From contig JBBRPR010000031.1 in NCBI GenBank assembly GCA_038227875.1, positions 32,409-96,408 on the forward strand: 64,000 nucleotides of DNA. Direction: 5' to 3'. The translations under genes and the position numbers were made by a program. The notes beneath the pieces were generated by a model. It was not told where the DNA came from. It saw nothing but the letters and a program-made list of their open reading frames with translations, and ran no database searches. This document shows positions 1 through 11,822 of the stretch, piece by piece. Each line of letters begins with the position of its first letter. Position 1 is the first letter of the stretch. Source of the stretch: Planctomycetota bacterium (GTDB lineage: Bacteria > Planctomycetota > SZUA-567 > H5-PLA8).

Positions 1-1945
1 TCCCGGCTACAGCGACCTGGCTTCACCAGCGCTCAGTCGCATCCCCATTGCCGCCACGCGATCGGGATGCGCCAGCCTTCTGCCCTCGCCGGATAAAGAT
101 GCCGTCACGGTCAGCCTTCTGGCAGCATGGGACAAGCCCACCAACCTCGGCGCGCTGATCAATATCGGAACAGACGGAACCCTGCAGGACAACAAATCCA
201 CGCCTGTATTCGCCGACGCGCCGAAACCGGACAACCTCGCCGGTCCCCTCACCTGCGCTTACTCGCCGGACGGCAAATTCATGTACGTGAACGGAATCTT
301 CTCCTACACCGACGACAAAACCACCGCGGTTCAGTCCACGGGTTTCTGGCGCGACGGTCAGGTGTGGAAAGTGGACCTCGCCACCCGCAAGTCGACCGTG
401 TTCTTTTCACTCGACGAGAAGGATGTAGTCGGCGACATGAAAGACCGCAGAACCTCCCCCATTGGCCACCTCACCCGCTACACGCCCTTTGCCGCGCTCC
501 AAGGTCTCGCGGTCGACGACAAAGGCAATGTGCTGATCGGCGACCGCCAGAACAAACGGGTCGTGGCGCTGGATCCCGCCGGAAAACTCATTCGCGAAAT
601 TCCTGTCCTGTATACCGACGCCCTCGCCCTCGATCCGGCTTCGCACGCGCTCTACGTGACGACCCGCACGGGCGACGTCTACACCAAAGGCGAAGTCAAA
701 CTCCTGAAGTTCAACGATTGGACCAAGGATACCGAACCGTCCATCACCCGAACGATCTGTCCGAGTTACGGCTACTCGCCGCGGACTTTCCTCGGCGCCT
801 GCAGGAGCGGCACTGACACGCTGGTGTGGCTGGCCTACACCACGCTCCCGGTTCACATTTACAAGGACAAAGGCAATGCGTTCGATCTGTTCAAGGACTT
901 CTATGAAGCCGGCCCGCAACGCGCGCTGGACCTTCAGCACATCGTCGCCGATCCCCGGACCGACCATCTCTACATCTCCGACGGCTCGGGCGCCTGCTTC
1001 CGCATTACGGATTGGAAAAACCCGGTCTTCGTCCGCTGCATGCAGGACGAAAAGACCCCGCTCAGCGCCCTGAACCTCGCCGTCGACGCGCGCCACCGTG
1101 TGCTCTACGGTCACGCCGACCGCAAGCCCGTCGTCCGCTACAAAATGGACGAGGCCTACTTCACCCCGATCATGAATCCCAACTCCGATACCGCCGTGAC
1201 CCCCGCCTACAATAACGACTGGCGCATCGGGCTGGGCTTTGGCGATCGCGGCTTGGCCGTTGCCCCGGACGGCAGCGTCGTCACGCTCGGTGCGCTGATC
1301 AACGGCAAGTTCAAGGGCGACGACTACGGCGGATACCTGCACTTTTTTAAAGCCGATACCACACAGGCGCCGTGGCACGAGGTGTATTTCGAGGCCTTCG
1401 GTGCGGCGCGGTCTGGCGGCGTGCGCTTCGATTCCCGTGGAAATCTGTACGTCGGCAGAACCGACACCCGTCCCAAAACGCCACCGGCCGGCTTCGAGAA
1501 GGACAGCCTCTTCCTGGCCAGCCTCGGCCACATCTACAAATTTGCTCCGACGGGAACCGCGGGGAATCTGTTTCCGAGCGAACCCGCCGCGCCGGCTAAA
1601 ATTTACGATGTCAATTACGGCTCGATCAGCAACTTTTTTGGCCGCACCTGCCGCTTCGGCGTCGACGCTTACGGCCGCATCTATTATCCGACGTCGCTGG
1701 AACCGAAAGTCTCCGTCATCGACAACGAAGGCAATCCGGTCGTGAGTTTCGGCACCTACGGCAATCGCGACTCCATGGGCGGGCTGCCCGGCGACCAGGT
1801 CCCGACCAAAGACATTCCAATGGCCTGGCCTAACAGTGTCGATGCCACTGACGATTACATTTACGTCAGCGACCTCGTCAACATTCGCGTAATGCGGCTG
1901 GCAAAATCGTTCGCCATCGATGCCACGGTCAAAATTCAGAACTGA
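1..1945 (+). CDS. NHL/SMP-30-like beta-propeller protein, 5'-partial
   Basis: Frame is open from position 2 (PGYSDL...SPDGKFMY), so the start lies outside the window. Repeated blade motifs: GLAVDDKGNVLIGDRQNKRV, GLAVAPDG, GVRFDSRGNLYV, FGVDAYGRIYY, AWPNSVDATDDYIYVSD. Confidence 0.7.
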   Translation, partial: PGYSDLASPALSRIPIAATRSGCASLLPSPDKDAVTVSLLAAWDKPTNLGALINIGTDGTLQDNKSTPVFADAPKPDNLAGPLTCAYSPDGKFMYVNGIFSYTDDKTTAVQSTGFWRDGQVWKVDLATRKSTVFFSLDEKDVVGDMKDRRTSPIGHLTRYTPFAALQGLAVDDKGNVLIGDRQNKRVVALDPAGKLIREIPVLYTDALALDPASHALYVTTRTGDVYTKGEVKLLKFNDWTKDTEPSITRTICPSYGYSPRTFLGACRSGTDTLVWLAYTTLPVHIYKDKGNAFDLFKDFYEAGPQRALDLQHIVADPRTDHLYISDGSGACFRITDWKNPVFVRCMQDEKTPLSALNLAVDARHRVLYGHADRKPVVRYKMDEAYFTPIMNPNSDTAVTPAYNNDWRIGLGFGDRGLAVAPDGSVVTLGALINGKFKGDDYGGYLHFFKADTTQAPWHEVYFEAFGAARSGGVRFDSRGNLYVGRTDTRPKTPPAGFEKDSLFLASLGHIYKFAPTGTAGNLFPSEPAAPAKIYDVNYGSISNFFGRTCRFGVDAYGRIYYPTSLEPKVSVIDNEGNPVVSFGTYGNRDSMGGLPGDQVPTKDIPMAWPNSVDATDDYIYVSDLVNIRVMRLAKSFAIDATVKIQN

Positions 1946-2036
1946 CCCAGTGCCTCATTCTGGCAATGACGTACTCCTCGATTTTCGTATGCTGGGTTGA
2001 CCTGTCTGGCCATCCCAACGATCGTCGAGGACCACC

Positions 2037-2684
2037 GTGGCGCTAAAGTCTTCCACCCTCACCCACCTCAACACCTTCACCACGCGTTACGCCCGCATGA
2101 GCGACTTTGCGCCCGCGCTCTCGCGCGCGACGGAGCTGATCTGCGGCTGCGCGCGTTCCGGATGCAAGGTGCTGACCTGCGGCAACGGCGGCAGCGCCGC
2201 GGACAGCGAACACATCGCCGCAGAGCTGATGAAAGCGTTCATCCTGCCCCGCCCCGTTTCCAGCGACGAGACGCAAAAGCTGAACGCCGGCGGCGCCGGC
2301 GAACTCGCGCCAAAATTGCAGCGCGGCGTCGCCACCGTGGCGCTCACCTCCAACGCCGCGATCATGACCGCCGTCGCCAACGATACCGATGCGCAGATGA
2401 TCTTCGCGCAGCAGGCCTTCGTCCTCGGCCGCGCCGGAGACATCCTGATCGGGCTGAGCACCTCCGGGAATTCCGGCAACGTCGTCAACGCGCTCAAAGT
2501 CGCGCGATCGCTGGGGCTGCACACGATCGGCTTCACCGGCTCGAAAACCGCCGCGATGGACAACCTCTGCGACGTGCTCTTCAAAGTTCCTGAAACGGAG
2601 ACGTACAAAATTCAGGAGTGCCACTTTCCGATCTACCACACGCTGTGTTTGATGGTCGAGCAGGAATTGTACGGCATCGATTGA
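2037..2684 (+). CDS. gmhA: SIS-domain phosphosugar isomerase, GmhA (phosphoheptose isomerase)-like
   Basis: CGNGGSAADSEHIAAEL, STSGNSGNV and IQECH...H motifs; GTG start preceded by GAGG. Confidence 0.8.
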   Translation: MALKSSTLTHLNTFTTRYARMSDFAPALSRATELICGCARSGCKVLTCGNGGSAADSEHIAAELMKAFILPRPVSSDETQKLNAGGAGELAPKLQRGVATVALTSNAAIMTAVANDTDAQMIFAQQAFVLGRAGDILIGLSTSGNSGNVVNALKVARSLGLHTIGFTGSKTAAMDNLCDVLFKVPETETYKIQECHFPIYHTLCLMVEQELYGID

Positions 2685-2716
2685 ACCCAGGTATTCAAAC
2701 GACTCGAGGACCACCC

Positions 2717-3685
2717 ATGAAAACGTACACCATTCCGCACACGACGCTGAAAACTGCACGCATCGCCTATGGTTGCGGTTCGATCGGCGGCTCCTGGGAT
2801 CAGACGCCCAACACCGATGCGCATCGCGCCGCCGCGGTCAAGGCGCTTCGCGCCGCGCTCGACGCCGGCCTGAATTTCTTCGACCATGCCGACATCTACT
2901 GCTATGGAAAATCGGAATCCCTCTTCGCAGAAACCATGCGCGAGCTCGGTGCCAGCCGCGACCATTTCATTCTGCAATCGAAGACCGGCATCTGCTTCAA
3001 AGGCGACACCGCGCCCGACGCCGTCGGCCGCTACGATTTTTCCCACGCGCACATCATCGCCTCGGCCGAAGGCAGCCTCAAACGGCTCGGCACCGAGTAC
3101 CTCGACATTCTGCTGCTTCACCGTCCCGATGTGCTGGTTGAACCCGAAGAAGTCGCGCGCGCGTTCGATTCGCTGCAGAAGAGCGGCAAGGTCCGCCACT
3201 TTGGCGTGAGCAACCACAACGTCCAGCAGCTGGAGCTGCTGCGCAAATACATCAAGCAGCCCTTCGTCGCTAATCAGCTTCAGTTCAGCCTTGTCCACAC
3301 CGGCCTGGTCGACGCCGGCATCAGCGTCAATCAAGCCAAGCCCTCGGTGGGTTGCGAAGGCATCGTCGACTACTGCCGGCTTCACAACATCCAGATTCAA
3401 GCCTGGAGCCCCATGGCCAACGGCCGCGCCACGGGAACGTGGACCGACGGCAAACCCGCCGACGAACTCGCCCGCGTTGTCGCTGAATTCGCGCAGAAGA
3501 AAAACGTCCCGCCCGACGCCATCGCGCTGGCCTGGGTCCTGCGCCATCCCGCCGGCATTCTCCCGATCATCGGCTCAATGAAACCCGACCGCATCGCCGC
3601 CGCGAGCAAAGCCGACGGCGTCGAATTGACTCACGGCGATTGGTACCGGTTGTATCAGGCCGCGCGCGGACAGGCGGTGCCGTAG
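2717..3685 (+). CDS. Aldo/keto reductase (YdhF-like)
   Basis: FDHADIY, SLKRLGTEYLDILLLHRPD, GKVRHFGVSN, ALAWVLRHP; ATG at 2717 follows GAGGA. Confidence 0.9.
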   Translation: MKTYTIPHTTLKTARIAYGCGSIGGSWDQTPNTDAHRAAAVKALRAALDAGLNFFDHADIYCYGKSESLFAETMRELGASRDHFILQSKTGICFKGDTAPDAVGRYDFSHAHIIASAEGSLKRLGTEYLDILLLHRPDVLVEPEEVARAFDSLQKSGKVRHFGVSNHNVQQLELLRKYIKQPFVANQLQFSLVHTGLVDAGISVNQAKPSVGCEGIVDYCRLHNIQIQAWSPMANGRATGTWTDGKPADELARVVAEFAQKKNVPPDAIALAWVLRHPAGILPIIGSMKPDRIAAASKADGVELTHGDWYRLYQAARGQAVP

Positions 3686-3700
3686 GGCGGCTCCGGAAGA

Positions 3701-3791
3701 TAATTTTGAATTCTTAATTTTGAATTGCTGCCGCAGCGAAGTAATTCAAAATTTAGAATTCAAAAGTCAAAATTGCCAGGAATCCGATCGG
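3701..3791. repeat. AT-rich heptamer-periodic inverted repeat (TTTTGAA / TTCAAAA arms) between convergent genes
   Basis: TAATTTTGAATTCTTAATTTTGAATT-GCTGCCGCAGCGAAGT-AATTCAAAATTTAGAATTCAAAAGTCAAAATT. Confidence 0.75.
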
Positions 3792-3800
3792 CTCAGCTCC

Positions 3801-3860
3801 GGCTCTTGGGAGAGCGTGCGAACTCGCTCTCCCAAGAGCCAAGAGCAAAGAGCCAAGAGC
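3801..3860. repeat. Hairpin GGCTCTTGGGAGAGCG...CGCTCTCCCAAGAGCC followed by CCAAGAG heptamers; probable terminator role
   Basis: 16-bp inverted repeat running into four CCAAGAG-like units at the 3' end of the Gfo gene. Confidence 0.65.
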
Positions 3861-3862
3861 TA

Positions 3863-4918
3863 CTAATATTCGAGTTTCACTTCCTTACCTTCAGCCGCGC
3901 TGCGGTACAGGCCGTCGAGGATCGCGATCACGTCCAGCGATTGTTCGGGCGGCACCGGCGAGGGCTTGCCGTTGGCGATGGCTTCGGCAAACGCGACACA
4001 TTCTTCCGCGTGCGGTTCGCCGCCTTCGTTCGACAGCAACTGCGTGTTGGTGTGAATTTTCAGCGTGTTGTTCGTCTTCAGGATTTCGTTGCTCGGCCAC
4101 TGACAGCCGCCCTTGTCGCCGTACAGCCACATCTGCATGTCTTCGCCGGTGGTCTTGTGGTTGAGCAGCCACGAACATTCCAGGATCAAGGTCGAACCAT
4201 TGGCGAAGCGCACGAACGCGCTGGCGAATTCCTCGACGTCCCACTCCTTGGCGATCGGACCGCCCCAGTTGCTGAACGCGCCGGGCAGCTTGCGCAGCCG
4301 GTCCTGCGTCACGCCGGAAACGGAGACCGGCCGCGGGTTGCCCATCATCCAAAGCGTCAGATCCAGAATGTGGACGCCGATGTCGATGCACGGTCCGCCG
4401 CCGGAATGCTTCTTCATGATGAAGCCCGGCCGCATCGGCGCGCCGCTGCGCCGCAGCATCCAGCTTCGTGCGTGGTAGATCTCGCCCAGCGTGCCGGTGT
4501 CGAGTTCCGCCTTCAGGGTCTTCGTGCTGCTCATGAAGCGGAAGTGCTGCGCGGTCATCAGCAGCTTGCCGCTCTTGTTGCGCGCGACGATCATCTTCTT
4601 GATGTCATCGGGCGTCGGCGCGAGCGGCTTTTCGCAGATCACGTGCTTGCCGGCTTCCAGAGCTTTGATGCTCAGCGGCGCGTGGTAGGCGTTGGGCGTG
4701 CAGACGTCGACGATGTCGATCTCCTTGTTCGCGATCAGCTCTTCAGCCTTCTCGTAAACATGAGCGACTTTGAATTCTTCACCGATTTTCTTGGCGGTCG
4801 CGGTATCCAGATCGGAAACGGCGACGAGCTCCGCGTCCGGGCTCTTCGCCCAGCCGGGAAAATGCGTGCGCGCGATTCCGCCGACGCCGATCACGCCGAC
4901 TTTCAACTTTTTGGCCAT
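3863..4918 (-). CDS. Gfo/Idh/MocA family oxidoreductase
   Basis: KVGVIGVGGIA Rossmann start, GKHVICEKPLA, GGGPCIDIGVHILD. Confidence 0.93.
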   Translation of the reverse strand: MAKKLKVGVIGVGGIARTHFPGWAKSPDAELVAVSDLDTATAKKIGEEFKVAHVYEKAEELIANKEIDIVDVCTPNAYHAPLSIKALEAGKHVICEKPLAPTPDDIKKMIVARNKSGKLLMTAQHFRFMSSTKTLKAELDTGTLGEIYHARSWMLRRSGAPMRPGFIMKKHSGGGPCIDIGVHILDLTLWMMGNPRPVSVSGVTQDRLRKLPGAFSNWGGPIAKEWDVEEFASAFVRFANGSTLILECSWLLNHKTTGEDMQMWLYGDKGGCQWPSNEILKTNNTLKIHTNTQLLSNEGGEPHAEECVAFAEAIANGKPSPVPPEQSLDVIAILDGLYRSAAEGKEVKLEY

Positions 4919-5007
4919 GAACGTTCCTGCCTCCTGTGGTGGTTGGGTGGGTTGGGTGTCTCGCTAATGGTATAGAACGCCGCTTTCGGCGCGCAACTCC
5001 GAATGGT

Positions 5008-5123
5008 GCCACGGATGCGCCGTCACGTGAGCGCAGCGAAAGTGGCGGTTCATCCGTGCGAGACGCGTCGCGAAACACGGAATGTCCCGCAACCGGTTGG
5101 CGAAGCGCACCGCACGGATGAAC
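5008..5123. repeat. REP-like palindromes (CACGGATG / CATCCGTG)
   Basis: GCCACGGATG...CATCCGTG, and GTTCATCCGTGCG...CGCACGGATGAAC inverted pair. Confidence 0.55.
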
Positions 5124-5136
5124 GAAAGTCTTCGCT

Positions 5137-7041
5137 TCAGCTCGTCGTCGCGTGCTTGGCAATCATCAGCGTTCCCTGCGGCAGCGTCACGCCGCCCCAA
5201 TCCGGGACCAACCGCACCAGATGCGCTTCGCCGGCGATGCCCTTCAGCGCGGCGTGGAACGGTTCGGTCTTGAAATGGTAGCGCGTCAGAATCTCTTCCA
5301 TCGCCGGATCGCGGAGAAGCTCTTCGAAAAAGACGATGTCGCCGCCGCGGCTCTCGTTCTGGATGCGCGCGGCCAGGTTCACCGTCGTGCCGAAGTAATC
5401 GATGCGGTTGTTGAAATTCACCGCGATGCACGGCCCGCGGTGGAAGCCCAGCTTCACCACCATCGCCGCCATCTGCGGGTGATGCTTCCACAGCTCGACG
5501 AACGCGTGTTGAATCTCGAAGCAGCATTCCAGCGCCTGCGGAGCGGAGAAGAACATCGCCATCACCGCGTCGCCGATCGTCTTCACGATCCCGCCGTGGT
5601 GCTTGCGGATGACGTCCTGCATCACTTTGAAATGCTCCCGCACCAGCGCGTACGCCGCGGCGTCGCCGATCTGCTTGTACAGCGCCGTCGAACCGCGCAG
5701 ATCGGAGAAGAGCAGCGTCAGCGAGCGGACGGAAAGTTCCTCGTCGGGAATCAGCACATCCTTGGAGGCGAGGTCGTAAAATTCCGGCATCGACGTCACC
5801 AGCACGCCGCTGGCCGCGTGATCGTCCCACGCCGCGTGTTCCAGCTTGATATCCATGAAGGCCGAGGCCGACGACGTGACTTCGAATTCGCAGTGCCCGC
5901 TGCCGATCGTCATTTCCTTGCCGGGCCCGAAGCCCAGGTCGCTCACGAAGATCGCCGCGCGGTTTTCCGCCTCCGGCCGCGGCGCGCCGACCTGCACATC
6001 CATCGTCTCCTTGGCCTGCGTGGCGCGGAAACGGTAGAGCCCCGGCGTGAGATCGATGCCGATGCGCCGCGCCTCTCCCGGCTCAAGGCGCAATTGCGCG
6101 CGGATGTGAGGCGTGCGGCTGGGGTCGCCGGCGCAGTAGATGCGGTCTTCCGTCGCGCGCACGGCTTTGTTGACTGTGAATCGCGCTTCCACCGACCGGT
6201 CGAATTCCGTGGTGAAATCGATGTTGCAGGAATCGCAATGCGACTGCTTCTTCAGGTAACGCAGGCCCGTCAGCCCCGAGCGCGCGCTGCGGCAGTGCGG
6301 GCAGATCACCTGCCAGCGCAAGTCCATCAATCCGGCGCGGACGGCGCGCATGTAGAAGGTCAGAACGTCCATGCGCGGCAGTTGCCAGCGCTGCGCCACT
6401 TCAAACGGCCGCACGCGCACCACGTCTTCGTCAGGAAGTCTTTCCAGATCGGCGCTGATCTTCGCCAGCATCTCGTCGCCGCAGCCCAGTTCGCGCAGCT
6501 GCCGGCGCGCGCTTTCCAGAGCCGCGCCGTTGACCACCGGGCGCCTGTTCGCGTGCAGCACCACCGTCTGAGCGCGTTTGGTCACGGCTTCATCTGCCAC
6601 GCGCGCGGCCATCACGGCCTTGTCGAGCCAATTGTTGACCGCCATCTTTACCAGCCAGTGCGTGGTCACCGACGGCGGCGCGTACTCGCAGGCGAACGTG
6701 ACTTTCGTGCCGCCGGGATCGTTGTCGAGATGCATCTCGTAGATGCCGACCTTGAACGGCCCCTTGCTGTAGTTGCGCTGCACGCGCCAGAGCACCGGCT
6801 CGATCCATTCGAACGGCAGCTCTTCCCATTGCAGGCTCATGCCCAGCACCGCCGCGTTGCCCTGCACATCCGAGCCGCCGCGCGCGTTGGCCGTGACCGT
6901 GTAGTCAATCGTGGGAAGTCCCCATTCGCGGTTGAGCGAATTGGTGGACGAGAGCAGCGGCCACAGCGCGGTGCGCGACGCGCGCACAACCACCGAGCGG
7001 CTGCGTCTTAACAGCGGGACTGCAAGAATGGTGGTGGGCAT
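5137..7041 (-). CDS. Class III adenylate cyclase with N-terminal SRPBCC-like and DUF5939-like (CxxC..CxxC) regions
   Basis: LFSDLRGST, VKTIGDAVMA and DYFGTTVNLAARIQ cyclase motifs; CPHC...CDSC; WEELPFEWIEP. Confidence 0.88.
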   Translation of the reverse strand: MPTTILAVPLLRRSRSVVVRASRTALWPLLSSTNSLNREWGLPTIDYTVTANARGGSDVQGNAAVLGMSLQWEELPFEWIEPVLWRVQRNYSKGPFKVGIYEMHLDNDPGGTKVTFACEYAPPSVTTHWLVKMAVNNWLDKAVMAARVADEAVTKRAQTVVLHANRRPVVNGAALESARRQLRELGCGDEMLAKISADLERLPDEDVVRVRPFEVAQRWQLPRMDVLTFYMRAVRAGLMDLRWQVICPHCRSARSGLTGLRYLKKQSHCDSCNIDFTTEFDRSVEARFTVNKAVRATEDRIYCAGDPSRTPHIRAQLRLEPGEARRIGIDLTPGLYRFRATQAKETMDVQVGAPRPEAENRAAIFVSDLGFGPGKEMTIGSGHCEFEVTSSASAFMDIKLEHAAWDDHAASGVLVTSMPEFYDLASKDVLIPDEELSVRSLTLLFSDLRGSTALYKQIGDAAAYALVREHFKVMQDVIRKHHGGIVKTIGDAVMAMFFSAPQALECCFEIQHAFVELWKHHPQMAAMVVKLGFHRGPCIAVNFNNRIDYFGTTVNLAARIQNESRGGDIVFFEELLRDPAMEEILTRYHFKTEPFHAALKGIAGEAHLVRLVPDWGGVTLPQGTLMIAKHATTS

Positions 7042-7219
7042 GCCGTATCAGCCGCTCGCGCCGGACCAACCGGAAGACTAAATGTGACGTATCACTTTAA
7101 TCTGAAGGTAGGCATGGCACTACTGTATTCCTGAATATGGTATGCGCTGCTGGCGGACATGTTTCATTGCGAATGTGATCGGGCAGGCGCCGTAAAATCT
7201 GTCCGATGCCCGATACCAT

Positions 7220-8654
7220 CTATCTGTCACGCAAATGGCCCTGCAGCTCTTCAATATGATGCTGGCAGTCGGATTTGTGATCCGGGCCTGGACCGGTGCT
7301 GGGCTTGTTGTGATTGTTCTGCGGGAAGTTCTGCTTGAAGTCTTCGTACAGGCGCTTGGCATCCTTCCACAGTTCGATCTGTTCCTTGCGGGGCCGGTTT
7401 TCTTCAGCCTGCAAGCGCCGGTTTTCGGCGGCAATCCAGAGCGCATCGCCCCAGGTGACATTGCTGTTCTTAGGATACTTGTCGATCATCGTCAGCGCTT
7501 CGTCGGCGGATTCCTTGTGCAATTCCAAATCGTTGCTGAGCAGATTTACCAGGCGCCACTGCGCTTCTCCGCTCTTGACCTGTTCGTGGGTGGGATTCCA
7601 TTCGCGCATCTTGATCAGCGTGCTGATTTCGTGGAGCGGATCGTACGGGTGCAGTCCGTGGTAGCGGTGCGAGAGCTCCCACATCATGTTGGCATCGCCT
7701 TCGGCCTGCTGCTCGCGCTTGATTAAAAATTCCGCCAGCGTCGGCTTCTCGGTCAACATCTTTTCACGTTCGACGGTGTCCCACTGATCCCAGGTCTTCC
7801 AGTCCTTGTTGAAGTCCGGCCGCGCTTCGTCGGCTTTCATCTTCGCCAGCTTGCGCTCTTTCCACTCGGTGAACAGCGCTTCCAATTCCACGCGCCCCAT
7901 CGGCGGAGTCATGATGCAGCCCGTTTCAAAATACTTGTCTTTCACCCACGTTTCCTTGCCTGGAAACCGTTTCGGGTCCTGCTTCATCGCGATCAGTTCC
8001 TGCAGCGCCGTCGGGTACCGTTGCATGCGATAATAAATGTTGAACGCACGCTCCAGGTCCTTGCTCTTTTCAGCGCGATCGGCGATCGATTCGGCGCGGC
8101 GCACGTACTGCAGGCGGTACTCCGCGATCAGTGGCGGTTCCGGCCGGTGTTCGCCGGGACGCGAGGGCGTCCACGTCGGCTTCACGACTTCCGGCGGCGG
8201 GGGCGGTGGAGCAGGCGTCGCGGGCGCCACCGGCGGAGCGGGCGTGGCCGGCGTCGCGGGCGCCGGTCCGGGCGCGGCTTTGTCCGCCGGCTTCGGATCG
8301 GTCTTCTTCGGGCCTTCCGCGTTCTTGGCCGTGTCCGGCATCGCGCCGCCACTGGCCCACGCTTCAATCTGATCCCACGGCACTTCCGCTGGCGCAGCCG
8401 GAGGTGCCGGCGGCGCAGGCGACGCCACGGGTGCCGGCCCCGCCACTGCGGGCGTAGCCGCCGGCGCAGGTGCTGGTGCGGGTGCGGGAGCAGGTGCAGG
8501 TGCTGGTGCTGGTGCTGGTGCCGCCACGGCAGGTGCAGGGGCAGGTGCGGGTGCGGGAGCGGGAGCGGGCTTGGGTGCTTCTGCGGCGTTCACCACGGCA
8601 CTCCACATCAGCACGGGCGTGCAGAACGCGGCCAGTTCCCAACCCCATGCGGAG

Positions 8655-8677
<23 letters not shown>
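7220..8677 (-). CDS. Secreted hypothetical protein with Pro/Ala-rich N-terminus and helical (TPR-like) C-terminus
   Basis: GTG at 8677 lies 6 nt after GGAGG; signal-peptide-like MRANRR...VVNA-AEA; (PA)n linker; overlaps the kinase stop. Confidence 0.65.
8465..8572 (-). repeat. Hexamer tandem repeat encoding (Pro-Ala)n
   Basis: GGTGCN-type units on the + strand; PAPAPAPA in translation. Confidence 0.8.
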
Positions 8678-11237
<2,560 letters not shown>

Positions 11238-11739
11238 AGAAGAACTCCCCACCCACCGCGATCGCGCGACGAATTGCACCATGCGACCACATGTCATGAC
11301 GCCGTCATACTACCGTCTATGTTTCTTACTACCACTCAAGGGTGATGCCTATTTCGAAAAAATCCGCGCACAAGCGCAAACTTATTGAAAATCAGCGAAT
11401 GCAGCATTGGGAACGCTGTTGTCGAAAGTGGGCTATTAGCATTATTTCATGCCAGAAAACCCATGTCGATCGGCCCCGCAGCCGCCTGCCGGTGCTGATA
11501 GCTCTGTTCAGACGTACCATGCGGATCGATCGTTAGCCAAATTGCAGTGCGGAGCGCGTGAAGGCGCAGGACCCATCCGTGCTACAAAGCCGGCGACGAA
11601 TTGGTGCGTTCGGCTCCATTCGGCGTGGAAGGCCGAGCCAACGCCCGTCTGCAAACCTCATCTCACTCGCGAGATCCAACTCCTTTAAACAATGGAACAT
11701 AGAAGAAATACCGTGATTTAACTTTATTTTATCGGTTTT

Positions 11740-11775
11740 TTGTTGAATTTAGTACCGGCCGCAGCGTATATTACT
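11740..11775 (+). promoter_or_regulatory. Possible sigma70 promoter for the ParB-like gene
   Basis: AT-rich tract with TTGTTG/TTGAAT followed by TATATT/TATTAC upstream of GGAGG-N6-ATG. Confidence 0.3.
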
Positions 11776-11822
11776 AGTAATTAGGTTCTTCAGATGAAGA
11801 CCATCCTATACGGAGGTGCTTT

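Noticed and set aside
8364..8648. ATG-started ORF right after the kinase stop, or a frameshift in the Pro/Ala gene
   Set aside because: The in-frame GTG at 8677 has a good RBS and gives an intact signal peptide, so no frameshift is needed.
11437..11455. Sigma54 promoter for the kinase (minus strand TGGCATGAAATAATGCT)
   Set aside because: GG-to-GC spacing is 11 rather than the strict 10.
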